This document shows positions 1 to 42,634 of a stretch of 64,000 nucleotides of DNA, piece after piece. The translations under genes and the position numbers were made by a program. A model generated the notes under the pieces. The model was not told where the DNA came from, searched no databases, and worked only from the letters and a program-made list of their open reading frames with translations. The stretch's first letter is position 1; every line of letters begins with the position of its first letter. Source of the stretch: Eledone cirrhosa (Eukaryota); the NCBI GenBank assembly GCA_964016885.1, contig OZ024743.1, positions 352,594,001-352,658,000 on the forward strand, given 5' to 3'.

Positions 1-52
1 AGGAAATTCAACATTTGGCCTCCTGTCACTTCCCTTTATAATCATATATAAA

Positions 53-375
53 ATCATCATTTTACGTCCGCTTTTCCCTGCTTGCAAGGGTGGGACGGGA
101 ACTGATTCTGGCTTGATTTCTACATCTGGATGCCCTTCCTAACACCAACCTCATTTACAGTGTGGGCTGGGTGCTTTTTTGCTGTGGCACCTCCATGACC
201 ACTTTACAGTGGAATGATATGGACCCCAGTCCCTATCATCTCATTTCTACAGCTGAGTAAACTGGAGCAATGTGAAATAAAGTGTCTTGCTCAAGGACAC
301 AACACATCACCAGGTCTCAGAATTGAACTCTCAACCATTGCAAGGCCAATGCTCTAACCACTAAGCCATGTGTGC

Positions 376-377
<2 letters not shown>
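53..377 (-). mobile_element. tRNA-derived SINE with RTE-type 3' tail
   Basis: A box TGGCTTAGTGG, B box GTTCAATTC, core TTGAGCAAGACACTT, tail shared with the RTE 3' UTR; paralogues at 9914, 10816 and 22685. Confidence 0.9.
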
Positions 378-415
<38 letters not shown>

Positions 416-480
416 TTATTTTATTTTAAATCAGTTATTCCCTTGTCTTAAACAACAATTACATTACTCAATATATTGGA

Positions 481-827
481 TGAGATCGTGTAGACACAGT
501 CCACGCTGTAATGTGGTCGTGTAGGCAACACGGTAAAAACCTCCCAGCCCCACACTGTAAATGTGGTTGGTGTTAGGAAGGGCATCCAGCTGTAGAAAAC
601 CTGCCAGACAGTCCACGCTGTAATGTGGCCGTGTAGGCAACACGGTAAAAACCTCCCAGCCCCACACTGTAAATGTGGTTGGTGTTAGGAAGGGCATCCA
701 GCTGTAGAAAACCCGCCAGATAGTCCTATGCGAGCAAGACAAACACTCTTGCCTCAAGTGGGAAAACCCCCGTCCAAACCCATGCAAGCGTGGAACACGG
801 ACGTTAAACATTGATGATGATGATGAT
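481..827 (+). mobile_element. RTE subfamily B 3' UTR fragment with 112-bp tandem duplication
   Basis: Reverse complement matches 52131-52505; (GAT)n tail. Confidence 0.9.
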
Positions 828-1760
828 TGTGAAGAGTAAAAATATTAATTTTAATATTGTAGATGGATATTACTACATCTCCCTGACTTTAAGTATCATG
901 CTAAATAGAGCTTTCTTCTGATAGGTGTAATTCAAGTAAACATTTTCTAGTAAATGGTGGTTATATTTAATTATTCCTTATCTGTGGTGGCATGTTATCA
1001 ATTTTTGCTTGGACGTGCTCATAGTGGAATGTCAAATAGAGGAAGATGTTGAATACTATGTTGATACATGCACATTTAGATCAACAGTAGAGTGCTATGC
1101 ATATAATTTGTTTCCATTGTTCAATTAAAAATAGCTAGTAGAAATTTGTTAATATCTTTGCATATGGTAAAATTTCAGACCTGCTATTTAAATAAACATT
1201 TGATGTTTTGAGTTTATTCAAAATAAACCTAAAATTCTGGAATATTAATATTAATAATCGTAAGACATTCAAAGTCAGTTACAGTTGCGCCATCAACATC
1301 AAAAATATTTTATTTAAATGACGTACTAGTTGTAAGGATGATATAAAAAGCACTTGCAAAAATAAAGAGTTATGGTCCCTTAAGTATGACTGCAATAGAA
1401 AAGCTGTTATATATTCTGCTAAAGTAAACTCAAATGTATAACAGTAATAATGGCAACTACAAAACACTACGCTTTTGGAAAACTTCAAAAGTTACTATTA
1501 CAACCACATTTCATCTTTTTGAAAAAAAAAAAAAAAAAAAAAAAGTCTAATGTCAACTGTTTTAAGCTATATATGGAAATTGAGAGACAAGGGAATAGCT
1601 GATTTTAATATCTATTGGGATATGAATGGAAAAAAACCCCACAGTAATGGTTCCAAAATTTATGTTACAACAATGTTTTTTAATTCTAGTAAACTCAAAA
1701 TTTCAAATGGTTACTTAAATAAGGAGTTTGAAATTATCATTAAATTCTTCTGAACTAAGT

Positions 1761-2289
1761 TTAACTCTTTAGCATTTAAACCGGCTGTATCTGGCTAAAA
1801 TTCTCTCACCTCTTTCTGTTCATAACTGGCCACTCATACTAATGTTAAGGTATTGTTCTCAAAATAAATATCAAAATCTCATAGATTCGATATTATGTGA
1901 GGTAAAGCCTTTACCATGAAAATACAATAGTATATATAGGGTAGGCGGATAGAATGCTTTATGGTATTCGTTCCGACTCTCTGCTCTCTGAGTTCAAATC
2001 CCGCCGAGGTCAACTTTGTCTTTCATTCTTTCGAGGTCGATAAAAAAGAAGTACCAGTCCAGTACTGGGGTTGATTCTTCCTCTATATCTCTCTCATTTC
2101 CTCTCTCTCCCTTTCTATCTTTCTCTGGAAGAAATCTTCTGTACTCTGGCCAAAAGAGGGATGGGCTCCACCAGGTTTAAAATGCCCAAGAAACGTTGTA
2201 TGTCAATACGGCGCTCCTACGACTCTACCAGGAGTCACAGGACCATATATACATACATATATAGAGTAATGTAAATGCTAAAGGGTTAA
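1761..2289. mobile_element. piggyBac-type (TTAA) MITE interrupted by a SINE at about 1940-2245
   Basis: TTAA-C(T)CTTTAGCATTTA ... TAAATGCTAAAGGG-TTAA; uninterrupted sibling at 42417-42634. Confidence 0.85.
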
Positions 2290-5059
2290 TGAATACATAG
2301 TTGTGTATATGTATATTTTATCATCTTCATTTAATATACATTTTCTTTGATAGCGAATATTGTGTGTGTGTGTGTGTGTGTGTGTGTCTGCATGTGAGTG
2401 TGTGAATACACATTAAGGTATATAAACATGAGAAAGATGTACAATAGTATAATATTTAATTGAAGCAATACAACTATGTTTCATCTTTTGGTTCATCAGA
2501 TAGATGTGTGTTAACTGTGAACATACATTTATATACAGAGGATTCAACATATAGTTGAAAAGTCAAAATATATTTCAAAAGTCAGACATAGATTAGTTGT
2601 TGGAATTCTTTTGAAATATCATTTATATGGTTAGAGACAGAGATAGGAATATATTAAAAATATAGGATCTCAACAGCCACTTAAATTACATATTTAGTTT
2701 CAAATATTATACATATATATATGTATGGACAGGACTTTTCAAGGCAATGTTTTGAAGCTGGATGCCCTTCCTGACCCTAAACCTGTTAGTTGCTTCTTAT
2801 GACATGCAGGAATATACAAACATATGCATATGTTTGTATACATATATGTATGCGTGTTTGCTTATATATCTATCTATCTCTCTCTATATATATACACACA
2901 AACACACCACATGTATGTGTGTGAGTATATGTATGGATGTATATATGTGTGTGTGTGTGTATATACATATATACACACATATATAAATCAGGATAGATCT
3001 AGTTTAAAACGAGTTAGACCACTACTCAACAGAAAGATATATATATATATATCCAATAAGTAAAAGAAAAAAGACAAAGTAAATAAAAATATAATCAAAC
3101 AAGATCAAAGTTCATAGTGTTTTGATAGATGCTCTCACATTTTTTTCTTTTTTTTAATATTCTTTTGCTTTTGAAGTTATGGCATTTTTACTATATCTAC
3201 CTAGATGGAATGGCAGATGAAGAAAGTGCTGATGGTAAGATATACAACATGCTGAAATCTAATGGTTTGTCAGACATGGTTCAAGTCACAAACGGTTTGG
3301 TCATTTGGCGATTTAGAAAAAAGGGGTGACAAAGTGAAATAATATGTTAAAAAAAATTGTTTGGCTCAAGCAATCCTCTGTTTACATATACTATAAAGCC
3401 AGTGAAATTTTTCCTTGCTAAAGGAATATTAATTTCTTCTGCCTTGGCTCAAGGCTATTTTTATAACAGGGATGGAATGTTAAAGGGTGCAATTAATTGA
3501 ATCAACTCAAGTACTTTACTAGAAGGAAGAAAGGTTAAAGGGACTCCAGTAGGAATTAATCTGAATACAGTGAAGCATTGCACTGGATGGATCAGGTAAA
3601 CCATCCAGCCTGACACTCTATCGTTATATTAATCACCACTGCACTTACTGAACACTAATTAACAAAGAAGGAAAAGATCCCATGAAAAACATGTACCCAT
3701 CTATATTTGTATATATATATATATCAGTGTATATAATAATCCACTATTTGCTCTGTAATAATGGTAAACTTTTCAGGGATTGATTAGCTACAGAGCTGAT
3801 GATAACAAGCAAGGTAATTAAGAAATATGGCATGTGGCGTTTTAATGCTTGGTACAAGTCTTTAGGGGCAATTTTTCTATTTATAGCCAACACTTATAAC
3901 TGCATCAGGTTTCCTTCTCATCAACATAATAGACCACCACCAGTTTCAATGATGATGTTCCAGTTGTTTGCTCAATGGTGAAGCCTAATTGCTAAATTAA
4001 TTTTTATTACAATTGTTAGGGAGATTCAATGTGATAAAATTGGTCTTTTGAATTGCAGGTACAGTCCATCTGACAGCCTTGGGTCGACCTGAGGCTAAGG
4101 TAAATGACATTTGCTCAAAATACCATGCAGTGAGACTGAACCCAGAACCTTGTGATTGTGAGGTAAACTTAATCATATGTCCATGATGTGACTTCATCAA
4201 CATAATAGAGACAAGCAGATAAAATATATTGGATAATGTGGTCTTGCACATGCTATGTCTAGAAAAAAAAATGAGAGAGAAAGAGAGAGTGTGTGTTCAT
4301 GTTTGGAAGGTTGTTGATCATAGGTCTGTTCCTCTACTACTTACTTGAAATATGCAGTTACTCAGGAAGACATCTCACCAAACCAAGTTAACAATTGACA
4401 TATTCATATGAAAGTGATTTGACTTACAAAATACAAGTCAAAATCTTACTTTAGATCAACACTCCACAATATTATGTACTGTAATTACATTACATTACAT
4501 TCTGTGAATTCAAGATGATCAAATGAAAATTAAATCAATGCAATATCAAATTTGAAACTGCAACATAGAACAGAACATTCCAACCATAAAATGCTAAATT
4601 GTTTGAAGGCTCAGTTCTGATGTAAAATTCAAAAATCTACTTAGCTACCCAACCTTTTTAAATTGCTAACATAACAATGTTACTTCAACTTTGATTGACA
4701 TACTTAATTAGCTTTTTGTGACACAGGTAGTTCTGATCAAACCTAGTCAGAAACAGCCTAAATGGCTGGTTGCCTCAATATGTTCCCACCTACATATAGG
4801 TTTTTGTTATATATATAAGTCATAGCTATATGTAAGTCATTGTTATATATATAATTCCTTATTAATATATAACTTTAAAGGCTCATAATTATGCAGCTAT
4901 TTTGGTGTGCATGTTTGTTTCATGTTGGTGTGACCAAAGTAGAAGTGATAGTAATTTTAAAAGACTGCAGCAATATTGTTGTGCTGAGTTGTTATTGTGT
5001 GTAGGGCAGCAAACATGCCAAATGTTCCCAATATCAACGATAAAAGTCTAAAATCTGTG

Positions 5060-5313
5060 TTAAGCCAGATGGCTCATTTGGCTGGTGCTTATACCGTTTC
5101 ATGGCATGAAGCTACTGAGAGTACAAGGCTCCCCCCTGGACAGGACGCCAGTCCATCACAGGGTTAAACTCCCAGCTACTGCTGGTACTCATTTTCAGCT
5201 GAGCAACATGAAATGAAGTATTTTACTCAAGAACACAACACACAACCCAGGAATCGAACCTACAACATTATGATCACAAGTCCAACACCCTTACCACTAG
5301 GACATGTGCCTCC
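5060..5313 (-). mobile_element. tRNA-derived SINE, distinct family
   Basis: Reverse strand shows CCTAGTGGTAAG (A box) and GGTTCGATTCC (B box), followed by a conserved SINE-like body. Confidence 0.75.
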
Positions 5314-5734
5314 ACAATATCAACAATAAGAGAGACAAATAGAACAGTGTGGGTTCCAGTAAACAAAAATGTGCTAAATTTTGAAACCTACAAAGCACAG
5401 TGGGTCCACTTGCCCTGCCCAATGTCAAACTGTATCATAAATTTCTGTAAATCTAAGGCATCAATAGATAACCTTGTAAAATATATTTGGACTAAACAAA
5501 CTTAATATTCTTCCTAATATTATTTCAATTAGTTGTGATATGTAATGTTTTTAATTGTAACAACTATTTCTTTCCCTTGGATAAAGAGCATAAATATTTT
5601 ATAAACATTTTATAAAATACTTCTATAAAGTATGTGAAAAATATGTTCACACTAAAACATTCTAAATTACTTGTCTGTCATGGGTACTTGAAAAGTGAGA
5701 AGATATTTTCTTCTAAGTTCCAACATGAGAGAGG

Positions 5735-5736
<2 letters not shown>

Positions 5737-5800
<64 letters not shown>
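5737..5800. repeat. (GA)n microsatellite
   Basis: Pure dinucleotide run; a similar tract lies at about 16138-16230. Confidence 0.97.
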
Positions 5801-5802
<2 letters not shown>

Positions 5803-6951
5803 TGTTAGGTTCCAAAGGTTGTTGGTGGGTTATAGAAGCGAGAAATAAATTACTTTGTTCTAGAAGTTTGTTGTGGAGAGAAGTTAAATCCAATGCGGGT
5901 TGGGTGTAGTAGTGGGGGATGAGTTTATGGGATTAGCAATTTTGAATTTCAAGGGAAAAGATAATAGATATGGAAATATGCACACACACACACACATGTG
6001 TGTGTGTGTTGTGGGTGAGTGTATACATATATATATATATATACACACATAATTTCCATGTAAACTTCACTATTTGCTGACTTATCAAGTCACTATCAAT
6101 AGCTCTAGTTTACAATGATACTGACCTTGCATACAAAGATGGCCAATAGTATAATACATAAACATAAAGAGAAATAAGAATGGCATTAATTGCTGGGTTA
6201 GTATTGTTTAAATAAATTGGAACATTTCCTTAGTAATTTAATACTGGTTCTATAACAATTTAAATAAATTGTTATAGAACCAGCTGGCAGTTCTTCACAC
6301 TGGCAGCAACAATGACTGAAGAAGAAAGGGTGAAGAAATATGGATAATGAAGTCACTTAACTTGTATCTGATAACATCACTTAAGAAGTCAGAATGACTA
6401 TTTACTGCTGGGACTAATGGTGATTTTTCAGATTCATTTCACAGGAAAATTACTTAAAATATTGCCATATAGATTTCTAGTTATTTTTTTACACATCCTT
6501 CCCTTTCCATACAACTTCTGGCACAAGTTTGGAACTTCATTTAAGGATACAGTAAAAAATAATATCTATACTGAATGCAGGTTTGCTTGAGCCATTTTAG
6601 AGCTAATGTAATTCGAGCAAGGGAGAAAAAGAAAACAAAAATAAAATAAAATAAACTCAAAATAAAAGCCAGCCTATGTCAAGTGCTGTCATGATAAGAT
6701 TTTATGATTTATTAATTATAATAGAAATGTTGAAACTCTCTTGATATGATGGCATCACTTATCAATGAGACAGCACTCAACAAGGTGCCATCCTTAACAC
6801 TGTAGCTGTATAGTTGGGAATCTAACAGGCAGATTGAGCACTTTCATGTTGGTAAGCAAGCAGTTTATGAAATGGGTCAAAAAGAATGCATTATTAATAA
6901 ACAGCATGCAGAGCAAAGTTTGCGCTGGATGTCTGGAAAACATTGCTGTAC

Positions 6952-6998
<47 letters not shown>

Positions 6999-7482
6999 AT
7001 ATATATATATATATACATATTTCTCACTTGCAGTTCAGATTCTCAAATTATAGCTACAAATACCAACATGAAAACTCAGGAAATAAAAAAAAAATAGTAA
7101 TAACAATAGCTATAATAATGATAATTTCTATATATTTCCGGATAGATTTTATGACGAATGTTTATATAAAACTAAACTATTAAATTTTGATTCAATACAG
7201 TTTTTATATGAAAGTAGAGAGTAATTTTTTGTCTATTTCCCCTCACCCACCCTATGGAAAACAAACGGAAATACATGACTTAATTAAGGAGCCTAATGAT
7301 TAATTAAAAAATATATATATCATAAATATTTATTCCAGTTTTAATTAACTGGTGAAATTTGGCTTGATTAGATAGCTAATTATCTAACTTTTAAGAGGAA
7401 ATTTCAGCCACAGTGAAAAGGAAGCTGAAAGACTGGCAACAACTGAGAACACCAACAGAAACAGAAAGAGGTGTATACTTAC

Positions 7483-36598
<29,116 letters not shown>

Positions 36599-38767
36599 CT
36601 GAAAATATAGCAAAGAAGAAAAGGGGAAAAAAAAATCATGGAAATCTAAGATCTAGCTAAAGAAAGAGAAGACATATTAATATTTAAATAAGTGTCAATT
36701 GATGACTAAAGAATCATTGCAAAAAAAAATCTAAAACAGTCAATAATAGACAGATTTCTGCAGGTCACAATAGAGATCTCTGGTACCCTCAGTCCTTGGA
36801 CTGCTACTTTTCTCTGCCAAATTGAGATGAGGACATTGCACTTGAGAAAGGAGCCCTATGAAGTGGAGTGATTGACATAGCAAATATTACAGGCTGTTCT
36901 TCATGTCAATCCTTTTGTTATCTTGTTCATGGGGCATAGCTAAGATATGTTGTTCAACAGCAGATATGGAGGTTGTTTGTTTGTTAGCTTTCTCATTCAA
37001 ATACATTTGATTTTGGCATGGTTTTTAAAGTTGTCTGTCCTTCTTAACATCAACCACTTTACAGAGTGTACAGGGTGCATTTTAAGGGATCAGCATTAAA
37101 GAGATTGTTGTGTTTTTGACCCAACTGAAGAATCCTCTCTACCATTTTGGTATGATTTCTACAGCTAAGTACCCTTCCTAATGTCAATCATTTTACAGTG
37201 TGTACTGGGTGCATTCCTTTAGCATGACTGAAGAGTTTACTCTGAAGGATGATCATAACTGGAACATTTATGACAGCAGTCATAGGTCTGCTAGATCAAC
37301 TCATTTAATACTAAGAACAACAACAATAGTAAAAAAAAAAACTTGCTCCTAATACTTCTTAGTGATTTCCCAGAGAAATAAGTTTTGAGTTACAAGTGTA
37401 CACCGCTGAATCAGTATATATTTAGCAGTGCTCTTTAGACTATTTTCAGCACTGCTGCACTAAATAAAACCAGACAAATAAGCATGCCAGCACCATTTTT
37501 TTCTTCCTATACTACACTTTAGCAGTTTAACATTTCATCAACATCAACAACAATGTCAGGCGCACAAGTACACACACATGTACATGAAGTACACAAACAC
37601 AGAGTGGCACTTACATACTTCAACCAGTAAATTAAGGTGGTAGTGAAAGTGTCCATTGACAGTAATGGTGGTGACAAAAGGTTAGCAATGGAAGGCATGG
37701 AGGTGTTGGGTAGGATAGGTAGGGAAATAACACCCCTGAAACAAAAGCAAGCTGAAAATAGTTTTACAAATAAATAAATAAATAAATAGATAGATAAATA
37801 AATAAATAAATAAATAAATAGCCATGTTAAAGTAGTATTTCAAAATAACAGGGTCTGTAAGATTCTGCAAGGTCACATTAACTCGGTGTATATCCAGTTA
37901 GGCAGAAAGTAGCGCGAAGGAAAACTTAAGCAGAGTAAGCAGTTTCACATTATAAATTATCTGGGAGTAAAAAAAAAAATTGTATCATTGCTATCATTGT
38001 TAAATCCTGTTATACATATCTATTCTCCTGTGTGTTTTTTTCTCCTCCCACATAGTGTAGATAGGATTGTTTTACCAATTCATAAATTTTCTTGGAACTG
38101 ATACAACTATTTCATAGTTGGATGTGACCCCAAGTTGTTAGAGCTTAGTCGAAAGTCAACCTTATTTAAGCAGACCTATGATCAAAGACATTCCAGCATT
38201 GACCATCCTGTCTTTTTCCTAAATGATAAAGTGTAATTTGAAGGAGATTTGGTTGTTATTTTTAGCAGGTCAGGTAATTGCATAGTTTCCCTCGCTAGCT
38301 CAATTTATAGTGGTTTTTCTAGTCAGCTGACATTGGGTTGGAAGACTGAGGTCTACTTGAGACCCTTCTCCTTGTAATATATTTTTTTTTCTTTTTGTCC
38401 TACAACTCCTGAGAGCACCATATTGATATATGGTATTTCTAAGGCATTTTAAAACCTGGTGGAGCCCATCCCTTTCCAAGTCTGAATACAGTAAATTTTT
38501 TCTAGAGGAAATTAGAGAGAGTGAGAGAAGAGAAGTGAAAAAGAGATACAGAGGAAGAATCGACCCCAGTATTAGATTGGTACTTTTTTTTATTGACTTC
38601 AAATGGATGACTGGTAAAGTTGACTTTGACAGGATTTGAACTCAGAGAACAGAGAACCAAAATGAATACCACAAAGCAATCTCGCCAAAGTTTGTAACGA
38701 CTTTGTAAATTCGTTTCCTGCAATGTGTATATGTGTGTGTGAGTATGTATATATATCTATATATATA

Positions 38768-40280
38768 CTCGCATCCTCCGATTCTTCTGTCCCTTTTCTT
38801 GATATCTCTCCTCTCACCACACCCTCTCTACTTCCATCTTCTGTAAACCGACCGACACCCACTCTTACCTTGGATTCACCTCCTCCCATCCAACCCACAC
38901 CAAACACTCCATACCCTATTCCCAATTCCTTCATCTTTGTTGACTCTGCAGCCAGGACGATGATTTCAAAACCCATTCCCTTCACAGAGCTTCCCGCTTC
39001 ATCCAACATGGATATTCCCCCACTCTGATTCAAACTGCTCTCACCCACGCCTGTGAAACCGACTGTACCACAGCCCTCTCGCCTCACCAGCACCCTCCCA
39101 ACACTTGCCTTCTTTTCCCTCTTACTTACCACCCCATCACCCTTCCACTCCGGCGATATATCCTCCATTCCTTCCGCACCCACTCTTCTGACCCCGTCAC
39201 TTCTCATGTTTTTCCTAACTCACCTAATTACCGCATTTAAACGTGCCTGTAACCTCCGCGACTTCCTGGTACGTAGGTCCTTTTCGTCCTCTCCTACGAC
39301 TCCACCCAGCTCTCATCCTTATTCTCGTCCTCGCTGCAACACTTGTACATTCATTTCCAGCCTCACCACGCTCACAGGCCCTAATGGGTCATTCCGTATC
39401 CGCCACTCTTCACCTGCACCTTCACCCACGTTGTCTATGCCCTCCAGTGTTTCCTTTGCGGATCTTTAAACATTGAACAAACAGGAAGCCATATGGCGGA
39501 CCATTTTGCTACTCCCGTCGCCCGTCATTTCCATTCTTCTGGTCACTCTTCCCTATATGTCTCAGTCCTGGGTGTCCTTTTACATCACGGATCACAGGCC
39601 TCGTGCATCAGGACTGAACAGTCTGATTCACCGCCTTGGGTCATGTTTCCCTCATGGACTCAACTCCCCTCCCCAATTTCTTTAATACCCCATCACCCCT
39701 AGATTCCTATGGCTCTCTTATGGTCATAAACATATACTTTTACAACTAATACAGACTAACAAAATATGCACACTCCACTTTTCTCTTCACAGCTCTGTAT
39801 ATACATACACACGCACACCCTTATATTAACATACTTTTGCTCATAGCTTCGTACTTACAAGCACATACACACTTTTTTTACTTACATATACACACATATC
39901 TTCTTAGCTTCGTGCGGACGTATAATAACACACACACACGCACACTAGTATAGCTCTTTATACAAAACAGTTTTTTTTCTATTTCAGGTAGACGCACTCC
40001 ATCATCCACTTTTCTAAAAAAAATAAATCATACACAAACCGCCAGCATCAACAGTTTTCCAAGAGATGTCAACATGAATGGGCTTGTTATTTTCTATCTA
40101 AAGACATTTTTTCCAATTCCATCCCACACGTCCCTTCTATCTATCTTATTTCTCATTCTTTCTTCTGATGAAGAACTAACATCCAAAATGTTAAGACCCT
40201 CTTCCTGCTATTTCAAGCGTTAACCTAATATATTCCTTCCATATACTGTACCGATTATGTTGTTATTTCTGTTTACCTTT
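38768..40280 (+). mobile_element. Penelope-like element: decayed RT thumb, GIY-YIG endonuclease and pLTR remnant
   Basis: SVPFLDI, HSIPYSQF, LTYHP, AFKRACNLRDFLVR, RPRCNTC, HVVYALQC, PVARHF, LIHRLGSCFPHGLN; CTGATGAAG..CCAAAATGTT at 40165-40192. Confidence 0.85.
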
Positions 40281-40328
40281 TACATATATATATATATACA
40301 CACACATATATATATATATATATATAAT

Positions 40329-40565
40329 CATCATCATCATCATCATCATCATCGTTTAACGTCCATCTTCCACGCTAGCATGAGTTAGACGGGAGTTGTA
40401 CCACTTGAGGCAAGGTTGGTCGGGTGACCGTGTCTCGCTCGTATAGGACTATCTGGCAGGCTTTCTACAGCTGGATGCCCTTCCTAACACCAACCACATT
40501 TACAGTGTGAAACTGGGAACTTTTTACCGTGTTACCTACACGGCCACATTACAGCGTGGACTGTG
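40329..40565 (-). mobile_element. RTE 3' UTR fragment (B-like)
   Basis: (CAT)n tail plus GGATGCCCTTCCTAACACCAACC core, adjacent to (TA)n. Confidence 0.85.
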
Positions 40566-42416
40566 AGTAGTTTTATAAATATATACACATATGCCGACCC
40601 ACTTCACTACAGGAGAGATGTACATAGCCGCCGGCATATCACAATGATTGCATAACTGCACCTATGATTGCATAAGCATATGACGAAGTCACATGAATAA
40701 CCATGTAACAGAAATATATATATATACACACACACACACACAGTAAAGTGGTTGGTATTAAAAAGAGCATCCAAGCATAGATACCATGCTGTAACATAGC
40801 ACATATGAACAAAACATACTTCTCTGTCCTGCCTAGTCTCAGACTGTGACGACCCATCCAACTAACGCCAGTATGGAAACGAATGTACCATAATGATGAT
40901 GATATAAATATAGCAGAATGGATCAAACTAAACTTCACAGAGAGGGTCCAATAAAATTGAATCATGTCTGGAGTTGTCATTGCAATTACCAAAAAAAAAA
41001 CAACAAAAAAAAAAACCTTACTCCCTACAGTAATTTTGATATTGGAGTTCTCTCCCTTGTCCCTCTGACAAGAATTGTCATTAATGCATGATTTTTCTTC
41101 ACATTGCAGGGTGTAATTTCAGTTGGTTAAGAATTAGTTTTGACTCATTACATTAAGTATGTCAGCTCACCTATAAAAGAGTTTTAAACTTTGACTTTTG
41201 GGCTACATCGTTTGATTGTTATTAGTCATTGTGCCAAAATAGAAAAAGACATTCTTCTTCCATTCATGCAGGTGGCTAACTAGTAGAATCACTTAAGTAT
41301 CAAACAAAAGGCCTTGTGGTATTTATTCCAACTTCTTGCATTCTGAGTTCAAATCCTACCAATGTTAACTTTACCTTTCATCCTTCCAAGGTCAATAAAT
41401 AAAGTATCAGTCATAGGCAATGGACTTGTGGAAGTTTTAGAACATCAGAAAGGATACCTTGCAGTATTTGTTTCTACTGTTTATGTTGTAAGTGCAAATC
41501 AATCCTGCTGTGGTCTATTCAGTTGTCATAATTTGTCGTCTAATTTAACAACACCAACTGGTTCTAGGCTATTTTTATCTGAATCCACTCTTTAGCATTT
41601 AGGTTTCAGTTTCAGGATACCTTTCAACCAACAGTATTTGAGGTTTTGAAAAATAAATGGTCATGAGAATTGCCCTTTTTCCTGCCTAAATGGATTGAAA
41701 TAGCATATTGGCTGTGTAGTATGAATACAAGCAAATGGTGGAGGGTATCACTGATGAATTTTTAGTGATTTTTAAAGTTCAAGGAGCCAGATCAGTGGCT
41801 GTTCCACACAGTTAAGTGAATGTTATTCTATTTCTTAAATGATTTCATTCATTGGCTATGCTTAGGCACCACCTTCAAAAGTTTAATCAATCATATCAAC
41901 TCCAGTACTTATAAATATTTTTTTTTCAAGTCTGTTACTTAGTTTATCAATCTCTATTCATTGAACTGCTAGGCTACAGGACATAGACAAACATAAACAG
42001 AGACATGGTTACATACACACACATGATTGACTCCCTTACAATTTCTGACTACCAGATTTCACTCACAAGGCAATAGGCAATAGTAGAAGACACACAAAGT
42101 GTCATGGAGTAAGACTGAACATGAAACTACATGGCTGTGAAATAAACTACTTAATCACACATCCATATTTAGTATTTTTTTCTACATTGTTTAATCAAGG
42201 AATATACAGACAACCAGTACGTCAACATCTTGACTGGTTCATTTGGTATAATAACCAACCAACAAGTGTTTTAAGATCATTTTCTATACTAAAGCAGAGC
42301 ACCTTGTGGCTCTTCCTGGCACCAACACTTTTACTCTGCACTTATGACACGCCAAGATACAGTGAATCTATTCTAAACCACATACACATAAAATGATAAA
42401 TCAACCTATAGTAAGT

Positions 42417-42634
42417 TTAACCCTTTAGCATTTAAACCGGCCAGAATTCTCTCACCTCTTTCTGTTCAAACCGGCTGTAACTGGCTGCTTATACTTATGT
42501 TATGGTATTGCTCTCAAAACAAATAATATCAGAATCCCGTAGATTCAATATTATTTGAGATATTTTGTAAGATAAGGCCTTTACTATGAAAATACAACAG
42601 TAAATATAGAGTAATGTAAATGTTAAAGGGTTAA
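42417..42634. mobile_element. piggyBac-type MITE
   Basis: TTAA-CCCTTTAGCATTTA ... TAAATGTTAAAGGG-TTAA terminal inverted repeats. Confidence 0.88.

Noticed and set aside
464-811. Recurrent MPFLTPT.. ORFs, also at 10880, 12738, 17002, 52004 and 60495
   Set aside because: Antisense readings of the repeated RTE/SINE 3' UTR, not a gene family.
38599-39207. 202-aa minus-strand ORF
   Set aside because: Antisense to the decayed Penelope coding region.
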